Of a stretch of DNA of 64,000 nt, positions 41,423 to 54,595 are shown piece after piece. The notes beneath the pieces are model-generated. The model saw only the letters and a program-made list of their open reading frames with translations, was not told where the DNA came from and ran no database searches. Position 1 is the stretch's first letter. Each line of letters opens with the position of its first letter. The stretch comes from Octopus sinensis (taxonomy: Eukaryota): NCBI RefSeq assembly GCF_006345805.1, contig NC_043007.1, positions 74,834,001 to 74,898,000 on the forward strand. Direction: 5' to 3'. The position numbers and the translations under genes were made by a program.

Positions 41423-42336
41423 GTAAGTCTTCTTTAATTGTTACTGAACTGAGTCTACACCAGCTTATTCACATCATTCTGTCTTTCTAAAATATAAGTA
41501 TATTAATACTTACACCTTAATTATTATGGTGTCGTGTAAAAAGTATCGAGGTTGGTGCCATGTAAACCCATGCTTGCATCACATAAAAAGCATTGGTGCT
41601 GGTTCCACATAAAACACACAAAGCACCCATGCTGGTGCCTCATAAAATTCCCCTGTGTCGGTGTCACATAATAAACACCTGTGCTGGTGCCATATAAAAA
41701 GCACCCACTACATTCTGTAAAGTGGTTGGCATTAGGAAGGGCATCCAGCCATAGAAAACCATGCCAAAATGGACGACTGAAGTCTGGTGCAGTCCTCTGG
41801 CTTTCCAATTTCGGTCAAATTATCAGACCCATGCCAGCATGGAAAACGGACATTAAATGGCAACAAAGATGATGATCTTAGGTGCACAGTCCACTTCACT
41901 TATTTTCATCTTTCTAGATTATTTTGTAAATCCTATTTTATTAATATAGCCTTATTTTCTACTTGGTTGTAAAATTTCTTATTTAAATTACATTTCATTT
42001 CATACTCAATAGTTTAATATCAAAGTGGTTTTCAACTATACTTAAATTAGATCCTATTTTTAATTGCTTCGTAAAACATACCATATTTGATGGCCTAAAA
42101 GATATACAGCCATATTAGACACATGTTTTTAGGGCATTAAAAGTTATGGGAGGCCCAACTTCACATATAAGACTTGGGGTGGGTTGTTTCTGTTTTGAGA
42201 TAAGATTTAGAAATAAAGAGCACCTTGTATGCCATCAAATACAGTAGTTTCATTTGAGTGAGACTCCTATTCTCCTCTCTCCACCACCACCTTAATATAT
42301 TTCATTTATTTCAACTGGAATTCCTTCTAACTTCAG

Positions 42337-42411
42337 TGCAGTGATGTATGAAACTGGTGCTGTTTGTAGCCATGCAAGGTCTTTATGGCAATTAGAACAC
42401 ATCAGAACAAA
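42337..42411 (+). CDS. RyR: RyR exon (75 nt): AVMYETGAVCSHARSLWQLEHIRT(K)
   Basis: cttcag|TGCA...ACAAA|gtaagt; GAV..HARSLW motif. Confidence 0.96.
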
Positions 42412-43041
42412 GTAAGTGGAATTTTATTCTTTAATTTTAATTAAGTATACCATGTTTTGTCACAAATACATAGATTCAAAATACTTCTTAAAGAATTAAA
42501 GAAAAGATAATTTATGAAAAGATAATTAAAGAACAACTATTTATGTATCATACTGTATGTATATACACCATTGATAGGCCAGTTACTGCAGCATCTATCT
42601 TGAGATAACATCTCCAGTGGACGTGATATATTAAAAACACAAATATCATACAGTATCTGATATTTATTGTGTTTTTAACACAAGTCCATAAAAAATGTTA
42701 TCTCAAGAAAAAATACCACCGTAACTGACTCATCAAAGGTGTTTATGCATAAAGTATGATAGATAGTTTAATTCATTACTGTGTCATTTGCATATACCAA
42801 AAGATATTTTCTTAAATTTATTTACTATAAAAAATATACATAATATATAAATAAACAACGAACTAAACAGGCTAATATCATATCTTCAGATTAAAATATA
42901 GGTATTTAAAAAAAATTTAATCATGTAATTAAGAAACGTCCATTCTCCTGTTCTCTTCCAATTATAGTTTTTTAAATTTTCAATCTTCATTTCAACTTAA
43001 TTATGAAGGTGACATAATCAATAATTACCTTTCTTTAACAG

Positions 43042-43198
43042 GTGGTCGGGAGGATTCTTGGGCTGGGGTTCCCAATGCCGCATTCGACACATTACCTCTG
43101 GAAGATATTTGTCAATACATAGTGATAACCAAGTGGTAACAGTTCACAGAAACCGAGCAACAGAAGAGCTAACCACATTTCTTCTTTTGATGACTAAA
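43042..43198 (+). CDS. RyR: RyR exon (157 nt): WSGGFLGWGSQCRIRHITSGRYLSIHSDNQVVTVHRNRATEELTTFLLLMTK
   Basis: taacag|GTGG...ACTAAA|gtaagt; RIRHITSGRYL MIR-domain motif. Confidence 0.96.
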
Positions 43199-43220
43199 GT
43201 AAGTCTTTAAGTGTTATTGT

Positions 43221-43449
43221 TTGACCCTTTCTTTACCAACCCGGCTGAAAACGCCTCTGGCTCTGTATTACAAATGTCTTGTTTTCATAAGTTTTGAATT
43301 AAAATCTTACACCAAACGTTAGTCACAATTTATGTTCCTAATACTAGCTTAATGATAACTAAGTTATTTTACTAAATTCTTTATTATATTTAAAGTAATT
43401 GAAAGAAACACAGAGCATCTCAAAATAAATACAGTAACAAAAGGGTTAA
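43221..43449. mobile_element. Short TTAA-type MITE (piggyBac-like ends)
   Basis: Ends ttgaccctttctttac / gtaacaaaagggttaa; starts 22 nt after an exon donor. Confidence 0.6.
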
Positions 43450-44438
43450 CTTGATGGTAAATATCAAAATTGAATAAGACTCTAAGTGATACGTAGATTA
43501 AAAACCTTGGCTGCATGGTTAAGAAGCTTGCTTACAATCAATGTGAAGATGCATGGCTTAGTGGTTAGGGTGTTTGGCTCACAACAGTGAGGTTGTGTGA
43601 TCGATATCTGGTGACACATAGTATCCGTGAACAAGACACTTTATTTCACATTACTCTAGTCCACTCAGTTGGTAAAAATGAGTTGTATCTGTAATTCAAA
43701 GGGCCAACCTCGTCACATTGTGTGTCACACTGGATATCTCAGCAAACTACTTTAAGTGTACACATATCTGTGGGGTGCTCAGCCACTTGCACGTTAATTT
43801 GACAAGCAGGCTGTTCCATTGGTCAAATCAACTGAAACCCTCATTGCTGTAACTGATGGAGTTCCAGTTCCTAGTCACGTGGTCTTGGGTTTAGTTCAAC
43901 TTTGTGGAATTTTGGGCAAGTGTTTTCTACTAAAGCCCCAGGCTATAGATATTTTGATGATAAGATAGTTTATTTTTAGAATGATATTATAGAGTTGGTG
44001 TGAGAGGCCAAACCCAGCCAGTTTCAACATAAAACAGGCAAAAGATTTGGGCTAGATATGATTAGTTCAAATGTTAAAGTTTTAATATGTAATTTAAAGG
44101 TGGCAAGCTAGCAAAAACGATAGCACGCCAGGCGAAATGCTTAGCCATATTTCGTCTATCGTTACATTCTGAGTTCAAATTCTGCCAAGGTCGACTTTGC
44201 CTTTCCTCCTTTCAGGGTTGATAAATTAAGTACCAGTTGCATACTGGGTCAATCTAATTGACTGGCCCCCTCCCCCAAAGTTTCGTGCCTTGTGACTAGA
44301 GTAGAAAAGAATATGTAATTTAAAGAAATAAAGGCCACTTCAAAAATAAAAAAAACCAACATTTTTTAAAAATTGATTTAAAAAATATCATTGCAAATAT
44401 TTCAATTTTTCTTTTCTGTCTGTAATGTTTTTGTACAG

Positions 44439-44606
44439 GATGAGAAAAAACAGAGTGAAGGAAGAGAAGATGAAGGCATGGGAAAAGCAGATATCAAATA
44501 TGGAGATTCCATGACTTTTATTCAGCACTGCGCATCAGGACTATGGCTGTCATACATGACCTATGAAACCAAGAAAAGAGGAGTGGGGAGAGTTGAAGAG
44601 AAAAAG
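44439..44606 (+). CDS. RyR: RyR exon (168 nt): DEKKQSEGREDEGMGKADIKYGDSMTFIQHCASGLWLSYMTYETKKRGVGRVEEKK
   Basis: gtacag|GAT...AAG|gtaaag; GMG...IKYGDS and GLWLSY motifs. Confidence 0.97.
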
Positions 44607-45369
44607 GTAAAGTAAAATATATCGGTGCCCCAGCATGGCCACAGCTCATTAGCTGAAACTGGAAAAATCAAAATCAAAAATATCATATACTCTTTTACTC
44701 TTTTACTTGTTTCAGCTATTCGATTGAGGCCATGCTGGAGCAACGCCTTTAGTCAAGCAAATCGACCCCAGGACTTATTCTTTGTAAGCCTAGTACTTAT
44801 TTTATCAGTCTCTTCTGCTGATCCGCTAAGTTACGGGGACATAGACAAACCACCATCGGTTGTCAAGCGATGGTGGGGAGACAAACACAGACACACAAAC
44901 ATATACACACACACATATAACAAAGCACACATCTTAAATATTTTATGTGAAGGTGCATGGCCTAATGATCTTGCAATCATGGTTTTAACTCCCATACTGA
45001 GCAGTGCATCGTGTTTTTGAACAAAACACTTCATCTGATGTTGCTCCAGTCCATTCAACTGTAAATGAGTAACCTTGCTACAGACTTGCATCTTGTTCAG
45101 GGGGAATGATGTGATCATAATCACTTATATACCATCGAAACTAAGTAACTGGCCTTATGAATTCTAGAACCTTTAGAATTTCTATATAAAGTTTCAAAAA
45201 TAAGACCACTGTTATTTTGTCATTTATATTTGTTTACAAATGAATTCAAAATCTTATAACGCTAATGTTTTTCTTCATTAATTTTTTTATTTGAATTTAA
45301 CCAAGTAAATTATTATTAGAGGCTAATTTACCAAGTTATTTATTCTGTGAAAATGTTTACTGTTTTCAG

Positions 45370-45491
45370 GCAGTGCTGTTACTTGAAGGACACATGGATG
45401 ATGCTTTTACATTGAGCAGAGCCCAAGAAGAAGAATCTCGGTCTGCTAGAGTTATCAGGAAATGTCAGTCCCTCTTCCATAGATTCAACAA
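45370..45491 (+). CDS. RyR: RyR exon (122 nt): [40 protein letters not shown](K)
   Basis: tttcag|GCA...AACAA|gtaagt; EGHMDD and EESR.ARVIR motifs. Confidence 0.97.
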
Positions 45492-45592
45492 GTAAGTTCT
45501 GGATATTTCTTCTTCCCAAATTAAATTTGTAATACAGACAGTTGTTCAGGTAATTTAAAAAATATTATGACTGAGATTACAAATATATTGTA

Positions 45593-46157
45593 TTGGGTTG
45601 TCTGGAAAGTTCATGCCGATTTATAGCAGCTTACCTTTCAACTTATTTTAGAACATGGTTGATTCCATGAAATAGGATTTGACTATACCTCCATTTAGAG
45701 CACAGTTTAAGCTACCTTTTCGTGGAAGAAGGTTTATGTTCTTATAATCTGTGTTAATTCTGTAACCCTTTAAAATGAAAGATAAGAAAGTTCATTTTCA
45801 GCACTTGATACTTTGGGAACCAGAGAAAAATTGCTGCAGCTCAGCTGTGATGTGTTACCCCACCCTCCATATTCACCAGATATTGCTCCTTCAGATTTCC
45901 ACGTATTCAGGTCTCTGCAGAATAGTCTTAATGGTAAAAATTTCAATTCCTTGGATGACATAAAAAGATACCTTGATGAATTCATTGCCATGAAACCCCC
46001 TCAATTCTGGGAAGAGGGTATTTTCAAATTAAAGAAAAGATAGAGATGTATTGTGCAACAAAATGGTTCATATTTGGTTGATAAAAATGTAATGACAAGT
46101 ATTTATTGACCTTTTTCTTTCCTTTAAAAATCGACACGAACTTTCCGGACAACCCAA
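45593..46157 (+). mobile_element. Mariner non-autonomous deletion derivative (565 bp)
   Basis: 30-bp TIRs ttgggttgtctggaaagttcatgccgattt / aaatcgacacgaactttccggacaacccaa, TA duplications at 45591 and 46158; C-terminal transposase HPPYSPDIAPSDFHVFRSLQN. Confidence 0.95.
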
Positions 46158-46409
46158 TAATAGGTATTCTTTCTGAATGTTTTATGAATAAGTTTCTTGA
46201 CAATAATAAATCTGTTATGTTTGTGTTGTCTGTTTGAAGATATCTGTAGAATTACATGAAATAAAAAGATTATATTTTATTTATCAACATCAACTCATGA
46301 GGTCCATTTTCATGGCTATGTATTTAGTTGAAAGATGTTAGAATTTAATAAAGCTTGTTAATTTTCCCAACTTGTCTTTATTTATCAAGTTTATTATTTA
46401 TACTTTACA

Positions 46410-46760
46410 GAGATGTACTTGCATAGCTAGTGACTTGATATGAGATCGTATGCTGGAAGGAAAACAATTGCAGCATGGAAGGTGTTTATAAGCCATTTAA
46501 GAAACACACAAAAACCGTTAGATTCACTTCAACATTTAAATTTAATTTGTCAAAATATTTTCGTTGCTTTGAGACCGCGACCTGTTCACTGACAAAACTT
46601 TGTGCTGCATCTCGTGTGATGCAGCATGAAGTTTTGTCAGTGAACAGGTCGCGGTCTCAAAGCAATGAAAATATTTTGACAATTTAAATGTTGAAGTGAA
46701 TCTAACGGTTTTTGTGTGTTTCTTAAATGGCTTATAAACACCTTCCACACTGCAATTGTT
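46410..46760. mobile_element. Penelope-like element end with about 150-bp fold-back arms
   Basis: Arms 46463-46611 and 46618-46760 around a 6-nt loop; the supplied ORFs 46475+ and 46542- are mirror images. Confidence 0.75.
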
Positions 46761-47458
46761 TATACTTAGTCATCTATAAATATAAAAACCGTAAAATAGA
46801 CGTTTTCTAACCCATTTATGACAAAATGTAGCAACGTAAATGTTTTTTGCTTAGTCAGTAGAGTGTCAGACTTTTAATCTGAGGGCTGTGGGTTCATAAC
46901 CCTCCCATCATCATCATCCTTTAACGTCTGTTTTCCATGTTGGCATGAGCTGAATGGTTTGACTAGAGTTGGCAAGCTGGAGAGCTGCACTAGGTTCTAG
47001 TCTAGTTTGATTTGGCTTGGTTTCTATGGCTGGATGCCATTCCTAATGCCATCCCCATTACAGTGTGTACTGGGTACTTTTGATGTCACACTGTACAAGT
47101 GCTTTTTACGTGGCACCAGTGCAGGACTCTTGCAGACCAATCATCTTTACCAGGGGGAGTGGCCTTAACATTTCAGCTGTGGAGAATGGGTCTTCTTGAG
47201 TACAGAAAGGCACCAGGTATCTCAGTCTTTTGCCATCTCAACTGAGAGGTTCTCTGTGGTCATATATTCTTTTAATAGCAGTATCTTGGCATGGTCAAAA
47301 CCAATAAAAGAATAAAAGAATGATAAGCTAATTAAATGTTAAATGTCCTTCCAGATCTACCCAGTTATTGCCAACCAGTTATTTATGCACGATATCAGTA
47401 ATTATAAAACTGATATTCTTAACTTGGTCTCTGACTATCAATCTATTATTGCTATATG

Positions 47459-47760
47459 TTGTTTGTTCCTTCGAGCCATGCCTGGCTCATTAGGGCTGGT
47501 TTCCCGGTTTCCTTGGCATATAGGTTCCCCACCTGGATGGAACACCAGTCTGTCGCAGGTGAGCTGCAAGATGCAGGAGGAAAGAATGAGAGAAAGTTGT
47601 GGTGAAAGTGTCAGCAGAAGCTCACCATTACCTTCTGCCTGAGCTGTGTGGAGCTTAGGTGTTTCACTCATAAACACACACATTGCCCGATCTGAGATTT
47701 GAACCCATGATCCCTTGACCGCAAGTCCACTGCTCTAACAACTAGGCCATGTGCCTCCAC
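47459..47760 (-). mobile_element. tRNA-headed SINE (head A + body X) with 14-bp TSD
   Basis: attattgc(t/c)atatg at 47445-47458 and 47761-47774; truncated relative at about 52780-52955. Confidence 0.88.
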
Positions 47761-48166
47761 ATTATTGCCATATGCATCTATGTAAATTCTGTTGTAGCTT
47801 TCCAAAAACTACTCAGTATCTAATAACTTGAAATCATTAAAACAAAAATTTAAGTGTTGTTATTCAAGAGAGAAAGCCTCAAATGTCAAGAAAATATCTA
47901 AGATCAATACATTGTGATATTAATGTATTGGCAAATGTAATTGTGTTACAAGTGATAAATCTTTAATATTTTGTAATCAGCAATATAATTATGGAGATTT
48001 TTAATATCAAAGAAAAACACTCATTAATCAAGCAAAAACAAATATAATGTTTAACACAGGTTTTTCTGTAACGCTGACATTTATTGTTATCAAAACTACT
48101 CTGGTAAATATGTATAGGAATTGTTAATGCTTAAAATAATCATCCACAGGGATTAAGTACAAGTAT

Positions 48167-48208
<42 letters not shown>

Positions 48209-49339
48209 CATACACATACATACACACACACATGTATGTATATATGTACAATATAATATGTGTATGTATATATATATATATATATATATACACCCACTAT
48301 ATATAGTTGCCCATATGGTGATACAGAAAAGCACCCATATGGCATCACATAAATGTGCCCATGCAGCACCATGGAAAAGCAGCCATGTGGTGTCATGTAA
48401 AAGCATCCAGCTCACTCTGTAAAGTGGTTGGCATTAGGAAGAGCATCCAGTCATAGAAACCATGCCAAATCAGACTAGAGTCTGGTGCAGCATTCCCAGC
48501 TCTCCAGCTCTGATCACACCATTTAACCCATGCCAGCATGGATGAAGAATGTTAAATGATGATGATGATATTTATCATTATTATCATAGTGGCAAACTGG
48601 CAGAATTGTTAGCATGCTGGATGAACAGCTTCGCGGTATTTTGCTCATCGCTACGTTCTGAGTTCAAATTCCACCGAGGTTGACTTTATCTTTCATCCTT
48701 TTGAGGTCAATAAACTAAGTACCAGTGAAACACTGGGATCGATATAATCAACTAGTCCCCACCCCATAAATCTGAGGCCTTGTGCCCCCAGTAGAAAGGA
48801 TTATTATTATTATATTATTATTATTATTATATTATTATTATTATTATTGAGTGAGAGAGCAGTGCATGCCATCAAAGTGACACTGGGGTAAAATATACAA
48901 AGCCCAGTATACCCATCATGACTACCTGTCTGATAAGAGTACACTAGGTACATGCATCACAACCATGTGTGCACGACATGGTGATCTCATATATTATTAT
49001 TACTATTATTATTATTATCATTATTATTATTATGATTATTATTATTATTACTTTGCTTAGGCATAGCAATACTAATAACCAGGTGCCAAAACTCTGTATA
49101 TATGTGCTTCAGAGCAAATTGTTAGTCAAGTACAGAACAGTAGTAAGAAATTGAAATGAGAAGGGAATGAGAACTTATGTCATGAATTTCATTACCTTAC
49201 AGCTGTTTCTGCTATAAGCTGCAATGCACTCATAGTTGAGCAGTTGTGCATTGAATCTTAAAATAGAAACAACTGTATGTTAATGACATTCTTGACATAA
49301 TTTCTTATGCCCTTGTCATTTTAATTTATTATATATATG

Positions 49340-49544
49340 TAGATGCAGCACGGAATTTTGTCAGTGAACAAGTCGTGTTCTCAAAGCGATGAAAATATTT
49401 TGACAAATTAAATTTAAATGTTGAAGTGAATCTAACGGATTTTGAGTGTTTCTTAAATGGCTTATAAACATCTTCCACACTGCAATTGTTTTCGCTCCAG
49501 CACAGAATCTCAGATCAGGTCACTTGCTATGCAAGTACATCGCC

Positions 49545-49548
<4 letters not shown>
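49340..49548 (+). mobile_element. Penelope-like element end, single arm, between (TA)n tracts
   Basis: Same sequence family as 22175-22470 and 46410-46760; hammerhead-like motif at 49357-49407. Confidence 0.7.
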
Positions 49549-49584
<36 letters not shown>

Positions 49585-49734
49585 TTGTAGAATTTTCATT
49601 GAAACTGTAAATGTTACTTTATGCATATGGAATTATGTATGTGTTCGTATGTGTTTGTATGCATATATATGCATCTATGGATGTACTTATGTATGTATAT
49701 GACGTATATATATTAATGTTCTCTTTGATTTTAG

Positions 49735-49859
49735 GGCATTGGACTCCCTTAAGACTGAAGGAAGAACAAGTCATGCCTGGTCCAGAATTACTCTGGAAGA
49801 GGTCCTGAAAAGTCTAGAGGATCTAATCGAGTATTTTGCTCAACCTGGGGAGGATGAAG
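49735..49859 (+). CDS. RyR: RyR exon (125 nt): ALDSLKTEGRTSHAWSRITLEEVLKSLEDLIEYFAQPGEDE(E)
   Basis: ttttag|GGCA...GAAG|gtaagg; LEDLI.YF motif. Confidence 0.95.
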
Positions 49860-50868
49860 GTAAGGACCGTAAATTTGTTTCTAAGGCATGGCTGTGTAAT
49901 GAGAAGCTTGCTTCCCAATCACAGGGTTCAGGGTTTGTCCCACTGCATGGCACCTTATGTAAGTGCCTTCTACTGTAGCCTTGGGCTGACCAAAGCCTTG
50001 TGAAAAGGTGTGGCAGATGGAAACTGAAAGAAGCCTATCATGTTTGTGTGTATTTTATTCCCCACCACTACTCAACAACCAGCGTTGATATTCTTATTCC
50101 CTATAACTTAGTTGACCTGCAAAAAAGACATAGAATAAGCATTAGGCTTTAAAAAAAGTACTAGGCTCAATTCGTTTGACTAAAAGTTCTTCAAGGAGGT
50201 GCCCCAGCATGGCCACAGTCAAATGACTGTAACAAGTAAAAAGATAAAGGTAGCGCTAAAGGAAAATTTTAACCATTTTCAAAACTTTATTATATATATC
50301 ATTGTTATTAGCAACATTAAGGATATAAGAAGGGGACCTCTATGTGTCTCGTGACTTACTAGAAATAACAACCAAATCACTCTCAAATCACACACAACCA
50401 TTTTTAGAAAAAAAGGATGTATTGTGCATGTAGAAATACAGTTTCTAAAGATTGAAATTAAGAAGGTTGATCATGGCTGGAGTGGCCTTGATTGCAGTTC
50501 TGTTTAATCAGAACTAAACAATGTTAACGTCTGTAAAGATTGAGTGAAATTGCAATACAGCCTCATTTCAACCTTATCAGTTTTGGGTCACCTGAGTATC
50601 CCTAGCCCTGACCTTTTCACATTTACATGGGCCACCTCATTCTATACACTTTTTAATTTATTTCCACCTCAGTACCCCTTTTCTTACTAATTAATAGCAA
50701 TTATTTAGCCCATAGCTACTGGTCTCATTGAATACTGATATAATGTTCTTTTTTGAATATGATAATTAACACTTGCATGATACACATGCATGCACACACA
50801 CACACACACACAACACACACACACACATACACATATTCTAATCTAATTTCAATTTGTTTTTCCAACAG

Positions 50869-50933
50869 AGCATGAAGAAAGGCAAAGCAAACTGAAAGCT
50901 TTGAGAAATCGCCAAGATTTGTTCCAAGAAGAG
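50869..50933 (+). CDS. RyR: RyR exon (65 nt): HEERQSKLKALRNRQDLFQEE
   Basis: caacag|AGCAT...GAG|gtaagt; ALRNRQDLFQEE motif. Confidence 0.97.
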
Positions 50934-51013
50934 GTAAGTTTCATGTAGTTCGGTAATTCTGACAGACTAGCTTATGTATAAAGCAAGAATGAACAGAAAT
51001 AGTATTGGCTTGG

Positions 51014-51409
51014 GGAGCTGGCAGAAACATTAGCACGCCGGGTGAAATGCAGCCATATTTCGTCTGCCGCTACGTTCTGAGTTCAAATTCCTTTGCCTTT
51101 CATCCTTTTGGGGTCGATAAATTAAGTACCAGCTACACACTGGGGTCGATATAATCGGCTTAATCTCTTTGTCTGTCCTTGTTTGTCCTCTCTGTGTTTA
51201 GCCCCTTGTGGGTAGTAAAGAAATAGGTATTTCGTCTGTCTTTACGTTCTGAGTTCAAATTCCGCTGAGGTCGACTTTGCCTTTCATCCTTTCGGGGTTG
51301 ATAAATTAAGTACCAGTTATGCACTGAGGTCGATTACATCAGCTTAATCCCTTTGTCTGTCCTTGATTGTCCCCTCTATGTTTAGCCCCTTGTGGGCAAT
51401 AAAGAAATA
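51014..51409 (+). mobile_element. Tandem dimer of family-2 SINE with one 19-bp TSD
   Basis: agaaatagtattggcttgg at 50995-51013 and 51410-51428; core ctttgcctttcatcctttcggggt(c/t)gataaattaagtacca twice. Many monomers elsewhere, e.g. 17790, 18100, 44100, 48590, 56160, 56400, 63750. Confidence 0.88.
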
Positions 51410-52201
51410 AGAAATAGTATTGGCTTGGCAACACAAAAACATCCAATAGAATGCCTTGTGGTATTTAATTGTGTTGTCTGAATTCTGAGTTCAAATTCTG
51501 TTGAGCTTGCCTTTACCTTTCATCCTCTCAAGGGTCAATAAAACTTTATGAATCTAGGCTGATGGATTGGCCAAATATGGATTGGCATTGTACAAGGTGT
51601 CAATCCTGTAAATTCAGGGGTGTAATCAAACCAACAGAATAAGTACCAGATTTGAAATAAGTAATGGGGTCAATCTGCCTGTCTAAACTCTTCAGTGTAG
51701 TGCCCCAGCATGGCCATAGTCCAATGACTGAAATAAATAAAATACATAAAAGATAGAAAAAAAAATGGTAATGCCAGACATATAGAAAATATTTGCTAAT
51801 GCAAGATCAGTAACATTGCTTCCATTGAAGTTTTCAATAGTGAATAACCAATGGCAAATGATGTCGGGGTACATGTTTCTTTTGAAAATCTACCCACCTC
51901 AGATCTAGTCTAGTAGATGAAGAAAAAGAAGTTGTATACAACTTTTTCAATCAGCTTTGGACTATCACGATCAGAAATATTATTGATCAAATATTCTTTT
52001 AACTAAAACTAGTTTCATTAGCATTCAACATAACACACAGTCTGATTATAGAAAAGAACAAAAGAATTTAAGAATAATAGGTGGATTATTTATCTCAGAA
52101 AGTATACTCCCTTATCTAGTTTTTTTATTTATTTTACTTCTTATTCACTTTTTTTATTTGTTGTTGCTGTTCCCCAATAATTATTATTTATTATATTCCA
52201 G

Positions 52202-52337
52202 GGTATGATTGCATTAGTACTTGAAACGATTGATAAATTCATTCAATACAAAAGCCGTAGACATTTCGCTCACTATGCCGGAGAAGAAGCAGCTGAGAAA
52301 TGGGACGACATTTCAAGTTATCTATACCTACTGTTAG
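52202..52337 (+). CDS. RyR: RyR exon (136 nt): GMIALVLETIDKFIQYKSRRHFAHYAGEEAAEKWDDISSYLYLLL(A)
   Basis: ttccag|GGT...TTAG|gtaggt; in frame with flanking exons. Confidence 0.96.
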
Positions 52338-53769
52338 GTAGGTCAATTTCTATTGGCTCATTACACTCTATTGATTTATTTTTCCCCCTTTCTCTAATTT
52401 GTATTTGTTTCTAAACCAAACTGTAATTTGCTTTACGGTTGTCTGAAAATAGGAACTTGGTTTATAATAGTTATAATAATCATGTTCCACTGATCTTTGA
52501 TCTACACAATAATGGTCTGATGTTTGTATCGTATTTTTCAGTCTTTGAATTTATGGCTTCAATGTTAAAAGTGCTTCTTTTTTCTTCATGAATTAACGCT
52601 ATTAATTGATACACTGCATGGAAACAAATCTTAAATGACGATGAGGATGGTGATATACAATGATGTGTGTGTGTACAATCATATACTTTATAATGTTATA
52701 ATAAGTCATATACATATGCTATCTACTATTGTCATGGAAAATGAATGCTATCACTTAATTTGTTTTGTTGTTTATTCCTTTTTGAGCCATGCCTGGCTCA
52801 TAAGGACCAGTTTCCCAGTTTCCTTGGCATATAGGTTCCCCACCTGGACGGGATGCCAGTCTGTTGCAGGTGAGCTGCAAGATGCAGGAGGAAAGAGTAA
52901 GAGAAAGTTGTGGCAAAAGAGTCAGCAGAAGTTCGCCATTACCTTCTGCCAGAGCCGCTCTAACCAATAGGCCACTTAACTTAGTTTCCATTAAATAATG
53001 TAAAGATAATATATATTAAACAAAATTATTGTAGTTAACTTTACTTAGGTGGCAGTGCAATGGAAGAGTGTTTGACAAAATATTTACGAATATATAGTCA
53101 CATCCCTTTCTGTTCTGAGTTCAAATTCTGCTCAAGTTAAATATTGCCTTTCCATTTTCCAAGTTTGATGAAATAAACACCAACAAGGGTCATCGATATA
53201 TTTAACTGAACTGTTGAAAGCAGTGTCTCAAGGTGACCACAGTTTAATGATTGAAATTAGAAAAGGATCAAAGCCTCATGGGTGAATTTGATAGATGGAA
53301 ACTGTGTAGAAGCTCATTGTGTGTATAGACATACATGTGTGTATAAACATACGTGTGTGTATAGACATACGTGTGTGTGTCTTTGTATCTATGTTTGTCC
53401 CCCCCACCACCACCACTTTATAACCAGTGTTGGTCTATTTACATCCCCATAAGTTAGTGGTTTAACAAAAGAGACCAATAGGATAACTACCTAACTTACA
53501 ATAAGTACTGTGGTTGATTTTTCTCAACTAAAAACTCTTTGAGACAGTGCTCCAGCATGGCTGTAGTCCAGTGACTGAAACAAGTAAAATATAAGAGCTA
53601 AATATATAATAAAGTAGATCAAAGTTCAACAAAATAATTAACCAAAACTATTTGAACTGTATTATTGAGTCAATATCTGTATTCTAGATGCATGGAATTT
53701 TCTAACTACATTTTCTACCCAAGTAAACATTTGGAAAAGTTTTAACAAAATTTCCAATTTAATTTTCAG

Positions 53770-53871
53770 CTGCAATGATTCGTGGGAATCGTGCAAACTG
53801 TGCTCAGTTTGCCCAGTCTTACAGACTGGATTGGTTAGTAAGCAGACTAGAGAGTCAACAGTCATCTACAG
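53770..53871 (+). CDS. RyR: RyR exon (102 nt): AMIRGNRANCAQFAQSYRLDWLVSRLESQQSST(G)
   Basis: tttcag|CTGCA...ACAG|gtaagt; IRGN..NCAQF and LDWL.SRL motifs. Confidence 0.97.
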
Positions 53872-54476
53872 GTAAGTTAACTCGTTGCTGTCATTGCTTT
53901 GTTACCATAGACAGGTGCAGGTGTGGCTGTGTGGTAGGAAGCTTGCTTCCAAACCATATAGTCCCAGGTTCGGTTCCACTGTGTGGTCCCTTGGGCAAGT
54001 GTCTACTGTTACAGGCTCTTCCCAACCATAGCCTTGTGACTGATGCCGAAAAATATTGATCATCAATGGGAACTTCAGTGAAAAACAAACTTTCATAAAC
54101 GTATGCTTTTCAAAATCTGGCTCACTGTGAAACTTTCCAAGTCAAACGCAAGGATTGCGCTGTTATCTTTCACTGGTTTTATTGTCATTGTTTGTCTATC
54201 ATCTGCTTATTCCTTCCTTTTCCTTTCCTTCTGATAGAGCAAAGTAACATGTTGTTTGTCTTAACCAGACAGAACTTCACAAATCTAATTAATAACTTCT
54301 CTGATAAGAAACACATCCATTTTTGCTTGTTATATTTTGTAATTATTTTTGAAAATATTTACAAAATATTTTGTGAAAATTTGTAAATATTTTTCTATTT
54401 AAATTTTCACTTGTGTAAAATTACTACAAACTTTACTTTAAAAAATATTTAATATTTGTACTAAAATTTCTTTCAG

Positions 54477-54595
54477 GGGTTCTTGATGTCCTTCATTGTG
54501 TATTAATTGACAGTCCTGAGGCACTGAACATGATCAAAGAAAAACACATTGTTACTATCATCTCACTCATTGACAAACACGGAAGAGACCCAAAG
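54477..54595 (+). CDS. RyR: RyR exon (119 nt): [39 protein letters not shown]
   Basis: tttcag|GGGTT...AAG|gtattg; LHCVL.DSPEALN motif. Confidence 0.97.
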
